The position numbers and the translations under genes were made by a program. A stretch of 64,000 bases of DNA, from positions 37,882,001-37,946,000 of the forward strand of contig OZ024748.1 in the NCBI GenBank assembly GCA_964016885.1. The letters run 5' to 3'. Below the pieces are notes generated by a model that worked only from the letters and a program-made list of their open reading frames with translations, was not told the DNA's origin and ran no database searches. Source of the DNA: Eledone cirrhosa. Taxonomy: Eukaryota. Of this stretch, positions 41,973-53,429 are shown one piece after another (the first letter of the stretch is position 1; each line of letters starts with the position of its first letter).

Positions 41973-43460
41973 GCGTAAGAGGTAAGTGTTGTGATTAAAA
42001 ATAAGGAAAAATATAAAGAATGTTGCGAAGGCGGTACGAGTGTTGATTAAAAAGAAGGAAAAATATAAAGAATGTTGCGAAGGAGTTAAGTGTTGTGAAT
42101 AAAAAGAAACAAAAATATAAAGAATGTTACGAAGGAGGTAAGAGTTGTGATTAAAAAGAAGAGAAAATATAAAGAATGTTGCGAAAGAGGTAAGTGTTGT
42201 GATTAAAAAGAAGGAAAAATATGAAGAATGTTGCGAAGTAGTTAAGAGTGTTGATTAAAAAGAAGGAAAAATAAAAAGAATGTTGCGAAGGAGGTAAGTG
42301 TTGTGATTAAAAAGACGGAAAAATATAAAGAATGTGTCGAAGGAGGTAAGTGTTGTGATTAAAAAGAAGGAAAAATATAAAGAATGTTGCAAAGGGGGTA
42401 AGAGTTGTGATTAAAAAGAAGGAAAAATATAAAAAATATTGCGAAGAAGGTAAGTGTTGTGTTTAAAAAGAAGGAAAAATATAAAGAATGTTGCGTAAGA
42501 GGTAAGTCTTGTGATTAAAAATAAGGAAAAATATAAAGAATGTTGCGAAGGAGGTAAGAGTTGTGATTAAAAAGAAGGAATAATATAAAGAATGTTGCGA
42601 AGGAGGTAAGTGTTGTGATTAAAAAGAAGGAAAAATATAGAGAATGTTGCGAAGGAGGTAAGTGTTGTGATTAAAAAGAAGGAAAAATATAAAGAATGTT
42701 ACGAAGGAGGTAAGAGTGTTGATTAAAAAGAAGGAAAAATATAAAGAATGTTGCGAAGGAGGTAAGTGTTGTGATTAAAAAGAAGTAAAAATATAAAGAA
42801 TGTTTCAAAGGAGGTAAGTGTTGTGATTAAAAGAAGGAAAAATATAAAGAATGTTGCGAAGGAGGTAGGAGTTGTGATTAAAAAGAAGGAAAAATATAAA
42901 GAATGTTGCGAAGGAGGTAAGAGTTGTGATTAAAAAGAAGGAAAAATATAAAGAATCTTACGAAGGAGGTAAGTGTTGTGATTAAAGAGAAGGAAAAATA
43001 TAAAGAATGTTGCGAAGGAGGTAAGAGTTGTGATTAAAAAGAAGGGAAAATATAAAGAATGTTGCGTAAGAGGTAAGTGTTGTGATTAAAAATAAGGAAA
43101 AATATAAAGAATGTTGCGAAGGCGGTACGAGTGTTGATTAAAAAGAAGGAAAAATATAAAGAATGTTGCGAAGGAGTTAAGTGTTGTGAATAAAAAGAAA
43201 CAAAAATATAAAGAATGTTACGAAGGAGGTAAGAGTTGTGATTAAAAAGAAGAGAAAATATAAAGAATGTTGCGAAAGAGGTAAGTGTTGTGATTAAAAA
43301 GAAGGAAAAATATGAAGAATGTTGCGAAGTAGTTAAGAGTGTTGATTAAAAAGAAGGAACAATAAAAAGAATGTTGCGAAGGAGGTAAGTGTTGTGATTA
43401 AAAAGACGGAAAAATATAAAGAATGTGTCGAAGGAGGTAAGTGTTGTGATTAAAAAGAAG
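40190..43460 (+). repeat. Three tandem copies of a 21-monomer (1091-bp) higher-order repeat
   Basis: caaagggggt at 40208, 41299, 42390; gtgtcgaagg at 41243, 42334, 43425. About 1.6 further copies at ~35350-37135 (35371, 36462). Confidence 0.92.
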
Positions 43461-43734
43461 GAAAAATATAAAAAAATTTACGAAGGAGGTAAGCGTGATG
43501 ATTAAAAAGAAGGTAAACTATAAAGAATATTGCGAAGGAGGTAAGTGTTGTGTTTAAAAAGAAGGAAAATTATGAAGAAATTTACGAAGGATGTAAGAGT
43601 GGTGATATAAAAAGAAGGAAAAATATAAAGAATATTGCGAAAGAGGTAAGTGTTGTGATTAAAAAGAAGGAAAAATATAAAGAATGTTGCGAAGGAGGTA
43701 AGTGTTGTGTTTAAAAAGAAGGGAAAATATAAAG

Positions 43735-46700
43735 AATGTTGCGAAGGAGGTAGTGTTGTGATTAAAAAGAAGGAAAAATATAAAGAATGTTACGAAGGAG
43801 GTAAGTGTTGTGATTAAAAAGAAGGATAAATATAAGGAAATTTACGAAGGAGGTATGATTGGTGATTAAAAAGAAGGAAAAATATAAAGAATGTTGCGAA
43901 GGAGGTAAGTGTTGTGTTTAAAAAGAAGGAAAAATATGAAGAATGTTGCGTAAGAGGTAAGTCTTGTGATTAAAAAGAAGGAAAAATATAAAGAATGTTG
44001 AGAAGGAGGTCAGTGTTGTGATTAACAAGAAGGAATAATATAAAGAATGTTGCGAAGGAGGTAAGTGTTGTGATTAAAAAGAAGGAAAAATATAGAGAAT
44101 GTTGCGAAGGAGGTAAGTGTTGTGATTAAAAAGAAGGAAAAATATAAAGAATGTTACGAAGGAGGTAAGAGTGTTGATTAAAAAGAAGGAAAAATATAAA
44201 GAATGTTGCGAAGGAGGTAAGTGTTGTGATTAAAAAGAAGTAAAAATATAAAGAATGTTTCAAAGGAGGTAAGTGTTGTGATGAAAAGAAGGAAAAATAT
44301 AAAGAATGTTGCGAAGGAGGTAAGAGTTGTGATTAAAAAGAAGGAAAAATATAAAGAATGTTGCGAAGGAGGTAAGAGTTGTGATTAAAAAGAAGGAAAA
44401 ATATAAAGAATCTTACGAAGGAGGTAAGTGTTGTGATTAAAGAGAAGGAAAAATATAAAGAATGTTTCGAAGGAGGTAAGAGTTGTGATTAAAAAGAAGG
44501 GAAAATATAAAGAATGTTGCGTAAGAGCTAAGTGTTGTGATTAAAAATAAGGAAAAATATAAAGAATGTTGCGAAGGCGGTACGAGTGTTGATTAAAAAG
44601 AAGGAAAAATATAAAGAATGTTGCGAAGGAGTTAAGTGTTGTGAATAAAAAGAAACAAAAATATAAAGAATGTTACGAAGGAGGTAAGAGTTGTGATTAA
44701 AAAGAAGAGAAAATATAAAGAATGTTGCGAAAGAGGTAAGTGTTGTGATTAAAAAGAAGGAAAAATATGAAGAATGTTGCGAAGTAGGTAAGAGTGTTGA
44801 TTAAAAAGAAGGAAAAATATAAAGAATGTTGCGAAGGAGGTAAGAGTTGTGATTAAAAAGAAGGAAAAATATAAAGAATCTTACGAAGGAGGTAAGTGTT
44901 GTGATTAAAGAGAAGGAAAAATATAAAGAATGTTGCGAAGGAGGTAAGAGTTGTGATTAAAAAGAAGGGAAAATATAAAGAATGTTGCGTAAGAGCTAAG
45001 TGTTGTGATTAAAAATAAGGAAAAATATAAAGAATGTTGCGAAGGCGGTACGAGTGTTGATTAAAAAGAAGGAAAAATATAAAGAATGTTGCGAAGGAGT
45101 TAAGTGTTGTGAATAAAAAGAAACAAAAATATAAAGAATGTTACGAAGGAGGTAAGAGTTGTGATTAAAAAGAAGAGAAAATATAAAGAATGTTGCGAAA
45201 GAGGGAAGTGTTGTGATTAAAAAGAAGGAAAAATATGAAGAATGTTGCGAAGTAGGTAAGAGTGTTGATTAAAAAGAAGGAAAAATAAAAAGAATGTTGC
45301 GAAGGAGTTAAGTGTTGTGATTAAAAAGACGGAAAAATATAAAGAATGTGTCGAAGGAGGTAAGTGTTGTGATTAAAAAGAAGGAAAAATATAAAGAAAT
45401 TTACGAAGGAGGTAAGCGTGATGATTAAAAAGAAGGTAAACTATAAAGAATATTGCGAAGGAGGTAAGTGTTGTGTTTAAAAAGAAGGAAAAATATAAAG
45501 AAATTTACGAAGGAGGTAAGAGTGGTGATATAAAAAGAAGGAAAAATATAAAGAATATTGCGAAAGAGGTAAGTGTTGTGATTAAAAAGAAGGAAAAATA
45601 TAAAGAATGTTGCGAATGAGGTAAGAGTGTTAATTAAAAAGAAGGAAAATTATAAAGAATGTTGCGAAGGAGGTGAGTGTTGTGATTAAAAAGAAGGAAA
45701 AATATAAAGAATGTTACGAAGGAGGTAAGAGTTGTGATTAAAAAGAAGGAAAAATATAAAAAATGTTGCGAAGGAGGTAGTGTTGTGATTAAAAAGAAGG
45801 AAAAATATAAAGAATGTTACGAAGGAGGTAAGTGTTGTGATTAAAAAGAAGGATAAATATAAGGAAATTTACGAAGGAGGTATGATTGGTGATTAAAAAG
45901 AAGGAAAAATATAAAGAATGTTGCGAAGGAGGTAAGTGTTGTGTCTAAAAAGAAGGAAAAATATGAAGAATGTTGCGTAAGAGGTAAGTCTTGTGATTAA
46001 AAAGAAGGAAAAATATAAAGAATGTTGAGAAGGAGGTCAGTGTTGTGATTAAAAGGAAGGGAAAATATAAAGAATGTTTCGAAGGAGGTTAGTGTTGTGA
46101 TTTAAAAAAAAAAAAATATACAGAATGTTGCGAAGGAGGTAAGTATTGTGATTAAAAAGAAGGAAAAATATAAAGAATGTTGCGAAGGAGGTAACAGTTG
46201 TGATTAAAGAGAAGGAAAAATATAAAAATTGTTGCGAAGGAGGTAAGTATTGTGATTAAAAAGAAGGAAAAATATAAAGAATGTTACGAAGGTGGTAAGA
46301 GTGGTGATTAAAAAGAAAGAAAAATATAAAGAATATTGCGAAGGGGGTAAGTGTTGTGTTTAAAAAGAAGGAAAAATATAAAGAATGTTGCGTAAGAGGT
46401 AAGTCTTGTGATTAAAAAGAAGGGAAAGTATAAAGAATGTTGCGAAGGAGGTAAGTGTTGTGATTAAAAAGAAGGAAAAATATAAAGAATGTTACGAAGG
46501 AGGTAACAGTTGTGATTAAAGAGAAGGAAAAATATAAAAATTGTTGCGAAGGAGGTAAGAGCTGTGATTAAAATGAAGGAAAAATATAAAGAATGTTGCG
46601 AAGGAGGTAGTTGTTGCAATTAAAAAGAAAGACAAATATAAAGAATGTTGTGAAGGAGGAAAGTGTTGTGATTAAAAAGAAGGAAAAATATAAAGAATCT

Positions 46701-49700
46701 TGCGAAGGAGGTAAGAGTTGTGATTAAAAAGAAGGAAAAATATAAAAAATGTTGCGAAGGAGGTAAGGGTTGTGATTAAAAAGAAGGAAAAATATAAAGA
46801 ATGTTGCGAAGGAGGTAAGTGTTGTGATTTAAAGGAAGGGAAAATATGAAAATGTTGCGAAGGAGGAAAGAGTGGTGATTAAAGAGAAGGAAAAATATAA
46901 AAATTGTTGCGAAGGACGTAAGTGTTGTAATTAAAAAGAAGGAAAAATATAAATAAATTTACGAAGGAAGTAAGAGTGGTGATTAAAAAGAAGGACAAAT
47001 ATAAAGAATATTGCGAAGGAGGTAAGTGTTGTGTTTAAAAAGAAGGGAAAATATAAAGAATGTTGCGAAGGGGGTAAAAGTTGTGATTAAAAAGAAAGAA
47101 AATTATTTAGAATATTGCGAAGGAGGTAAGTGTTGTGAATAAAAAGAAGGAAAAATATAAAGAAAGTGTTGTGATTAAAAAGAAGTAAAAATATAAAGAA
47201 TGTTGCGAAGTAGGTAAGAGTTGTGATTAAAAAGATGGAAAAATATAAAAAATGTTGCGAAGGAGGTAAGAGTTGTGATTAAAAAGAAGGAAAAATATAA
47301 AGAATGTTGCGAAGGAGGTAAGTGTTGTGATTAAAAGGAAGGGAAAATATGAAAATGTTGCGAAGGAGGAAAGAGTGGTGATTAAAAAGAAAGAACATTA
47401 TTTAGAATGTTGCGAAGGAGGTAAGTGTTGTGATTAAAAAGAAAGAAAAATATAAAGAATGTTGCGAAGGAGGTAAGTGTTGTGATTAAAAAGAAGGAAA
47501 AATATAAAAAATGTTGCGAAGGAGGTAAGAGTTGTGATTAAAAAGAAGGAAAAATATAAAGAATGTTGCGAAGGAGGTAGTGTTGTGATTAAAAAGAAGG
47601 AAAAATATAAAGAATGTTACGAAGGAGGTAAGTGTTGTGATTAAAAAGAAGGATAAATATAAGGAAATTTACGAAGGAGTTATGATTGGTGATTAAAAAG
47701 AGGGTAAACTATAAAGAATATTGCGAAGGAGGTAAGTGTTGTGTTTAAAAAGAAGGAAAAATATGAAGAATGTTGCGTAAGAGGTAAGTCTTGTGATTAA
47801 AATGAAGGAAAAATATAAAGAATGTTGAGAAGGAGGTCAGTGTTGTGATTAAAAAGAAGGAATAATATAAAGAATGTTGCGAAGGAGGTAAGTGTTGTGA
47901 TTAAAAAGAAGGAAAAATATAGAGAATGTTGCGAAGGAGGTAAGTGTTGTGATTAAAAAGAAGGAAAAATATAAAGAATGTTACGAAGGAGGTAAGAGTG
48001 TTGATTAAAAAGAAGGAAAAATATAAAGAATGTTGCGAAGGAGGTAAGTGTTGTGATTAAAAAGAAGTAAAAATATAAAGAATGTTTCAAAGGAGGTAAG
48101 TGTTGTGATGAAAAGAAGGAAAAATATAAAGAATGTTGCGAAGGAGGTAAGAGTTGTGATTAAAAAGAAGGAAAAATATAAAGAATGTTGCGAAGGAGGT
48201 AAGAGTTGTGATTAAAAAGAAGGAAAAATATAAAGAATCTTACGAAGGAGGTAAGTGTTGTGATTAAAGAGAAGGAAAAATATAAAGAATGTTGCGAAGG
48301 AGGTAAGAGTTGTGATTAAAAAGAAGGGAAAATATAAAGAATGTTGCGAAGGCGGTACGAGTGTTGATTAAAAAGAAGGAAAAATATAAAGAATGTTGCG
48401 AAGGAGTTAAGTGTTGTGAATAAAAAGAAACAAAAATATAAAGAATGTTACGAAGGAGGTAAGAGTTGTGATTAAAAAGAAGAGAAAATATAAAGAATGT
48501 TGCGAAAGAGGTAAGTGTTGTGATTAAAAAGAAGGAAAAATATGAAGAATGTTGCGAAGTAGGTAAGAGTGTTGATTAAAAAGAAGGAAAAATATAAAGA
48601 ATGTTGCGAAGGAGGTAAGAGTTGTGATTAAAAAGAAGGAAAAATATAAAGAATCTTACGAAGGAGGTAAGTGTTGTGATTAAAGAGAAGGAAAAATATA
48701 AAGAATGTTGCGAAGGAGGTAAGAGTTGTGATTAAAAAGAAGGGAAAATATAAAGAATGTTGCGTAAGAGCTAAGTGTTGTGATTAAAAATAAGGAAAAA
48801 TATAAAGAATGTTGCGAAGGCGGTACGAGTGTTGATTAAAAAGAAGGAAAAATATAAAGAATGTTGCGAAGGAGTTAAGTGTTGTGAATAAAAAGAAACA
48901 AAAATATAAAGGATGTTACGAAGGAGGTAAGAGTTGTGATTAAAAAGAAGAGAAAATATAAAGAATGTTGCGAAAGAGGGAAGTGTTGTGATTAAAAAGA
49001 AGGAAAAATATGAAGAATGTTGCGAAGTAGGTAAGAGTGTTGATTAAAAAGAAGGAAAAATAAAAAGAATGTTGCGAAGGAGGTAAGTGTTGTGATTAAA
49101 AAGACGGAAAAATATAAAGAATGTGTCGAAGGAGGTAAGTGTTGTGATTAAAAAGAAGGAAAAATATAAAGAAATTTACGAAGGAGGTAAGCGTGATGAT
49201 TAAAAAGAAGGTAAACTATAAAGAATATTGCGAAGGAGGTAAGTGTTGTTTTTAAAAAGAAGGAAAAATATAAAGAAATTTACGAAGGAGGTAAGAGTAG
49301 TGATATAAAAAGAAGGAAAAATATAAAGAATATTGCGAAAGAGGTAAGTGTTGTGATTAAAAAGAAGGAAAAATATAAAGAATGTTGCGAATGAGGTAAG
49401 AGTGTTAATTAAAAAGAAGGAAAATTATAAAGAATGTTGCGAAGGAGGTGAGTGTTGTGATTAAAAAGAAGGAAAAATATAAAGAATGTTACGAAGGAGG
49501 TAAGAGTTGTGATTAAAAAGAAGGAAAAATATAAAAAATGTTGCGAAGGAGGTAGTGTTGTGATTAAAAAGAAGGAAAAATATAAAGAATGTTACGAAGG
49601 AGGTAAGTGTTGTGATTAAAAAGAAGGATAAATATAAGGAAATTTACGAAGGAGGTATGATTGGTGATTAAAAAGAAGGAAAAATATAAAGAATGTTGCG

Positions 49701-51390
49701 AAGGAGGTAAGTGTTGTGTCTAAAAAGAAGGAAAAATATGAAGAATGTTGCGTAAGAGGTAAGTCTTGTGATTAAAAAGAAGGAAAAATATAAAGAATGT
49801 TGAGAAGGAGGTCAGTGTTGTGATTAAAAGGAAGGGAAAATATAAAGAATGTTTCGAAGGAGGTTAGTGTTGTGATTTTTAAAAAAAAATATATACAGAA
49901 TGTTGCGAAGGAGGTAAGTATTGTGATTAAAAAGAAGGAAAAATATAAAGAATGTTACGAAGGAGGTAACAGTTGTGATTAAAGAGAAGGAAAAATATAA
50001 AAATTGTTGCGAAGGAGGTAAGTATTGTGATTAAAAAGAAGGAAAAATATAAAGAATGTTACGAAGGTGGTAAGAGTGGTGATTAAAAAGAAAGAAAAAT
50101 ATAAAGAATATTGCGAAGGGGGTAAGTGTTGTGTTTAAAAAGAAGGAAAAATATAAAGAATGTTGCGTAAGAGGTAAGTCTTGTGATTAAAAAGAAGGGA
50201 AAGTATAAAGAATGTTGCGAAGGAGGTAAGTGTTGTGATTAAAAAGAAGGAAAAATATAAAGAATGTTACGAAGGAGGTAACAGTTGTGATTAAAGAGAA
50301 GGAAAAATATAAACATTGTTGCGAAGGAGGTAAGAGCTGTGATTAAAATGAAGGAAAAATATAAAGAATGTTGCGAAGGAGGTAGTTGTTGCAATTAAAA
50401 AGAAAGACAAATATAAAGAATGTTGTGAAGGAGGAAAGTGTTGTGATTAAAAAGAAGGAAAAATATAAAGAATGTTGCGAAGGATGTAAGAGTTGTGATT
50501 AAAAAGAAGGAAAAATATAAAAAATGTTGCGAAGGAGGTAAGGGTTGTGATTAAAAAGAAGGAAAAATATAAAGAATGTTGCGAAGGAGGTAAGTGTTGT
50601 GATTTAAAGGAAGGGAAAATATGAAAATGTTGCGAAGGAGGAAAGAGTGGTGATTAAAGAGAAGGAAAAATATAAAAAATGTTGCGAAGGAGGTAAGTGT
50701 TGTAATTAAAAAGAAGGAAAAATATAAATAAATTTACGAAGGAGGTAAGTGTGGTGATTAAAAAGAAGGGAAAATATAAAGAAATTTACGAAGGAAGTAA
50801 GAGTGGTGATTAAAAAGAAGGAAAAATATAAAGAATATTGCGAAGGAGGTAAGTGTTGTGTTTAAAAAGAAGGAAAAATATAAAGAATGTTGCGAAGGGG
50901 GTAAAAGTTGTGATTAAAAAGAAAGAAAATTATTTAGAATATTGCGAAGGAGGTAAGTGTTGTGAATAAAAAGAAGGAAAAATATAAAGAAAGTGTTGTG
51001 ATTAAAAAGAAGTAAAAATATAAAGAATGTTGCGAAGTAGGTAAGAGTTGTGATTAAAAAGAAGGAAAAATATAAAAAATGTTGCGAAGGAGGTAAGAGT
51101 TGTGATTAAAAAGAAGGAAAAATATAAAGAATGTTGCGAAGGAGGTAAGTGTTGTGATTAAAAGGAAGGGAAAATATGAAAATGTTGCGAAGGAGGAAAG
51201 AGTGGTGATTAAAAAGAAAGAACATTATTTAGAATGTTGCGAAGGAGGTAAGTGTTGTGATTAAAAAGAAAGAAAAATATAAAGAATGTTGCGAAGGAGG
51301 TAAGTGTTGTGATTAAAAAGAAGGAAAAATATAAAAAATGTTGCGAAGGAGGTAAGAGTTGTGATTAAAAAGAAGGAAAAATATAAAGAA
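43735..51390 (+). repeat. Tandem duplication of a 73/74-monomer (3775/3827-bp) block containing an internal 9-monomer (468-bp) duplication
   Basis: Offsets are 3827 (tagtg 43751/47578; atgaaaag 44281/48108), then 3775 (gagggaagtg 45201/48976; gtgtcg 45348/49123; gcaatt 46616/50391), then 3827 (truncated monomer 47161/50988). Internal tacgag pairs at 44581/45049 and 48356/48824. Confidence 0.9.
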
Positions 51391-53429
51391 TGTTGCGAAG
51401 GAGGTAGTGTTGTGATTAAAAAGAAGGAAAAATATAAAGAATGTTACGAAGGACTTAAGTGTTGTGATTAAAAAGAAGGATAAATATAAGGAAATTTACG
51501 AAGGAGTTATGATTGGTGATTAAAAAGAGGGTAAACTATAAAGAATATTGCGAGGGAGGTAAGTGTTGTGTTTAAAAAGAAGGAAAAATATAAAGAAATT
51601 TACGAAGGAGGTAAGAGTGGTGATTAAAAAGAAGGAAAAATATAAAGAATGTTGCGAAGGAGGTAAGTGTTGAGATTAAAAAGAAGGAAAAATATAAAGA
51701 ATGTTGCGAAGGAGGTAAGAGTTGTGATTAAAAAGGATGGAAAATATAAAGAATGTTGCGAAAGAGGTAAGTGTTGTGATTGAAGAGAAGGAAAAATATA
51801 AAGAATGTTGCGAAGTAGGTAAGAGTGTTTATTAAAAAGAAGGAAAAATATAAAGAATGTTGCGAAGGAGGTAAGAGTTGTGATTAAAAAGAAGAAAAAG
51901 TATAAAGAATGTTGCGAAGGAGGTAGTGTTGTGATTAAAAAGAAGGAAAAATGTAAAGAATGTTACGAAGGAGGTAAGTGTTGTGATTAAAAAGAAGGAT
52001 AAATATAAGGAAATTTACGAAGGAGGTAAGAGCTGTGATTAAAAAGAAGGAAAAATATAAAAATTGTTGCGAAAGAGGTAAGTGTTGTGATTAAAAAGAA
52101 GGAAAAATATAAAGAATGTTGCGAAGGAGGTAAGTGTTGTGAAAAAAAAAAGGAAAAATATACAGAATGTTGTGAAGGAGGTAAGTGTTGTGATTAAAAA
52201 GAAGGAAAAATATAAAGAATGTTGCGAAGGAGGTAAGTGTTGTGATTAAAAAAAAGGAAAAATATAAAGAATGTTGAGAAGGAGGTCAGTGTTGTGATTA
52301 AAAGGAAGGGAAAATATAAAGAATGTTGCGAAGGAGGTAAGTGTTGTGATTAAAAAAAAGGAAAAATATACAGAATGTTGTGAAGGAGGTAAGTGTTGTG
52401 ATTAAAAAGAAGGAAAAATATAAAGAACGTTGCGAAGGAGGAAAGTGTTGTGATTAAAAAGAAGGATAAATATAAAGAATGTTGCGAAGGAGGTAATTGT
52501 TGCCATTAAAAAGAAAGACAAATATAAAGAATGTTGCGAAGGAGGTAAGAGTTGTGATTAAAAAGAAGGAAAATATAAAGAATGTTGCGAAGGAGGTAAG
52601 AGTTGTGATTAAAAAGAACGAAAAATATAAAGAAACTTACGAAGGAGGTAAGAGTTGTGATTAAAAAGAAGGAAAAATATAAAGAATGTTGCGAAGGAGG
52701 TAAGTATTGTGATTAAAAAGAAGGAAAAATATAAGGAATGTTACGAAGGTGGTAAGAGTGGTGATTAAAAAGAAGGAAAAATATAAAGAATATTGCGAAG
52801 GAGGTAAGTGTTGTGTTTAAAAAGAAGGAAAAATATAAAGAATGTTGTGTAAGAGGTAAGTCTTGTAATTAAAAAGAAGGAAAATTATAAAGAATGTTGC
52901 GAAGGAGGTAATTGTTACAATTAAAAAGAAAGACAACTATAAATAATGTTGTGAAGGAGGAAAGTGTTGTGATTAAAAAGAAGGAAAAATATAAAGAATG
53001 TTGCGAGGGAGGTAAGAGTTGTGATTAAAAAGAAGGAAAAATATAAAAAATGCTGCGAAGGAGGTAAGAGTTGTGATTAAATAGAAGGAAAAATATAAAG
53101 AATGTTGCGAAGGAGGAAAGAGTGGTGATCAAAGAGAAGGAAAAAATAAAAATTGTTGCGAAGGAGGTAAGTGTTGTAATTAAAAAGAAGGAAAAATATA
53201 AATAAATTTACGAAGGAAGTAAGAGTGGTGATTAAAAAGAAGGAAAAATATAAAGAATATTGCGATGGAGGTAAGTGTTGTGTTTAAAAAAAAGGAAAAA
53301 TATAAAGATGTTGCGAAAGAGGTAAGTGTTCTGATTAAAAAGAAGGAAAAATATAAAGAAATTTACGAAGGAGATAAGTGTTGTGATTAAAAAGAAGGAA
53401 AAATATAAAGAATATTGCGAAGGAGGGAA

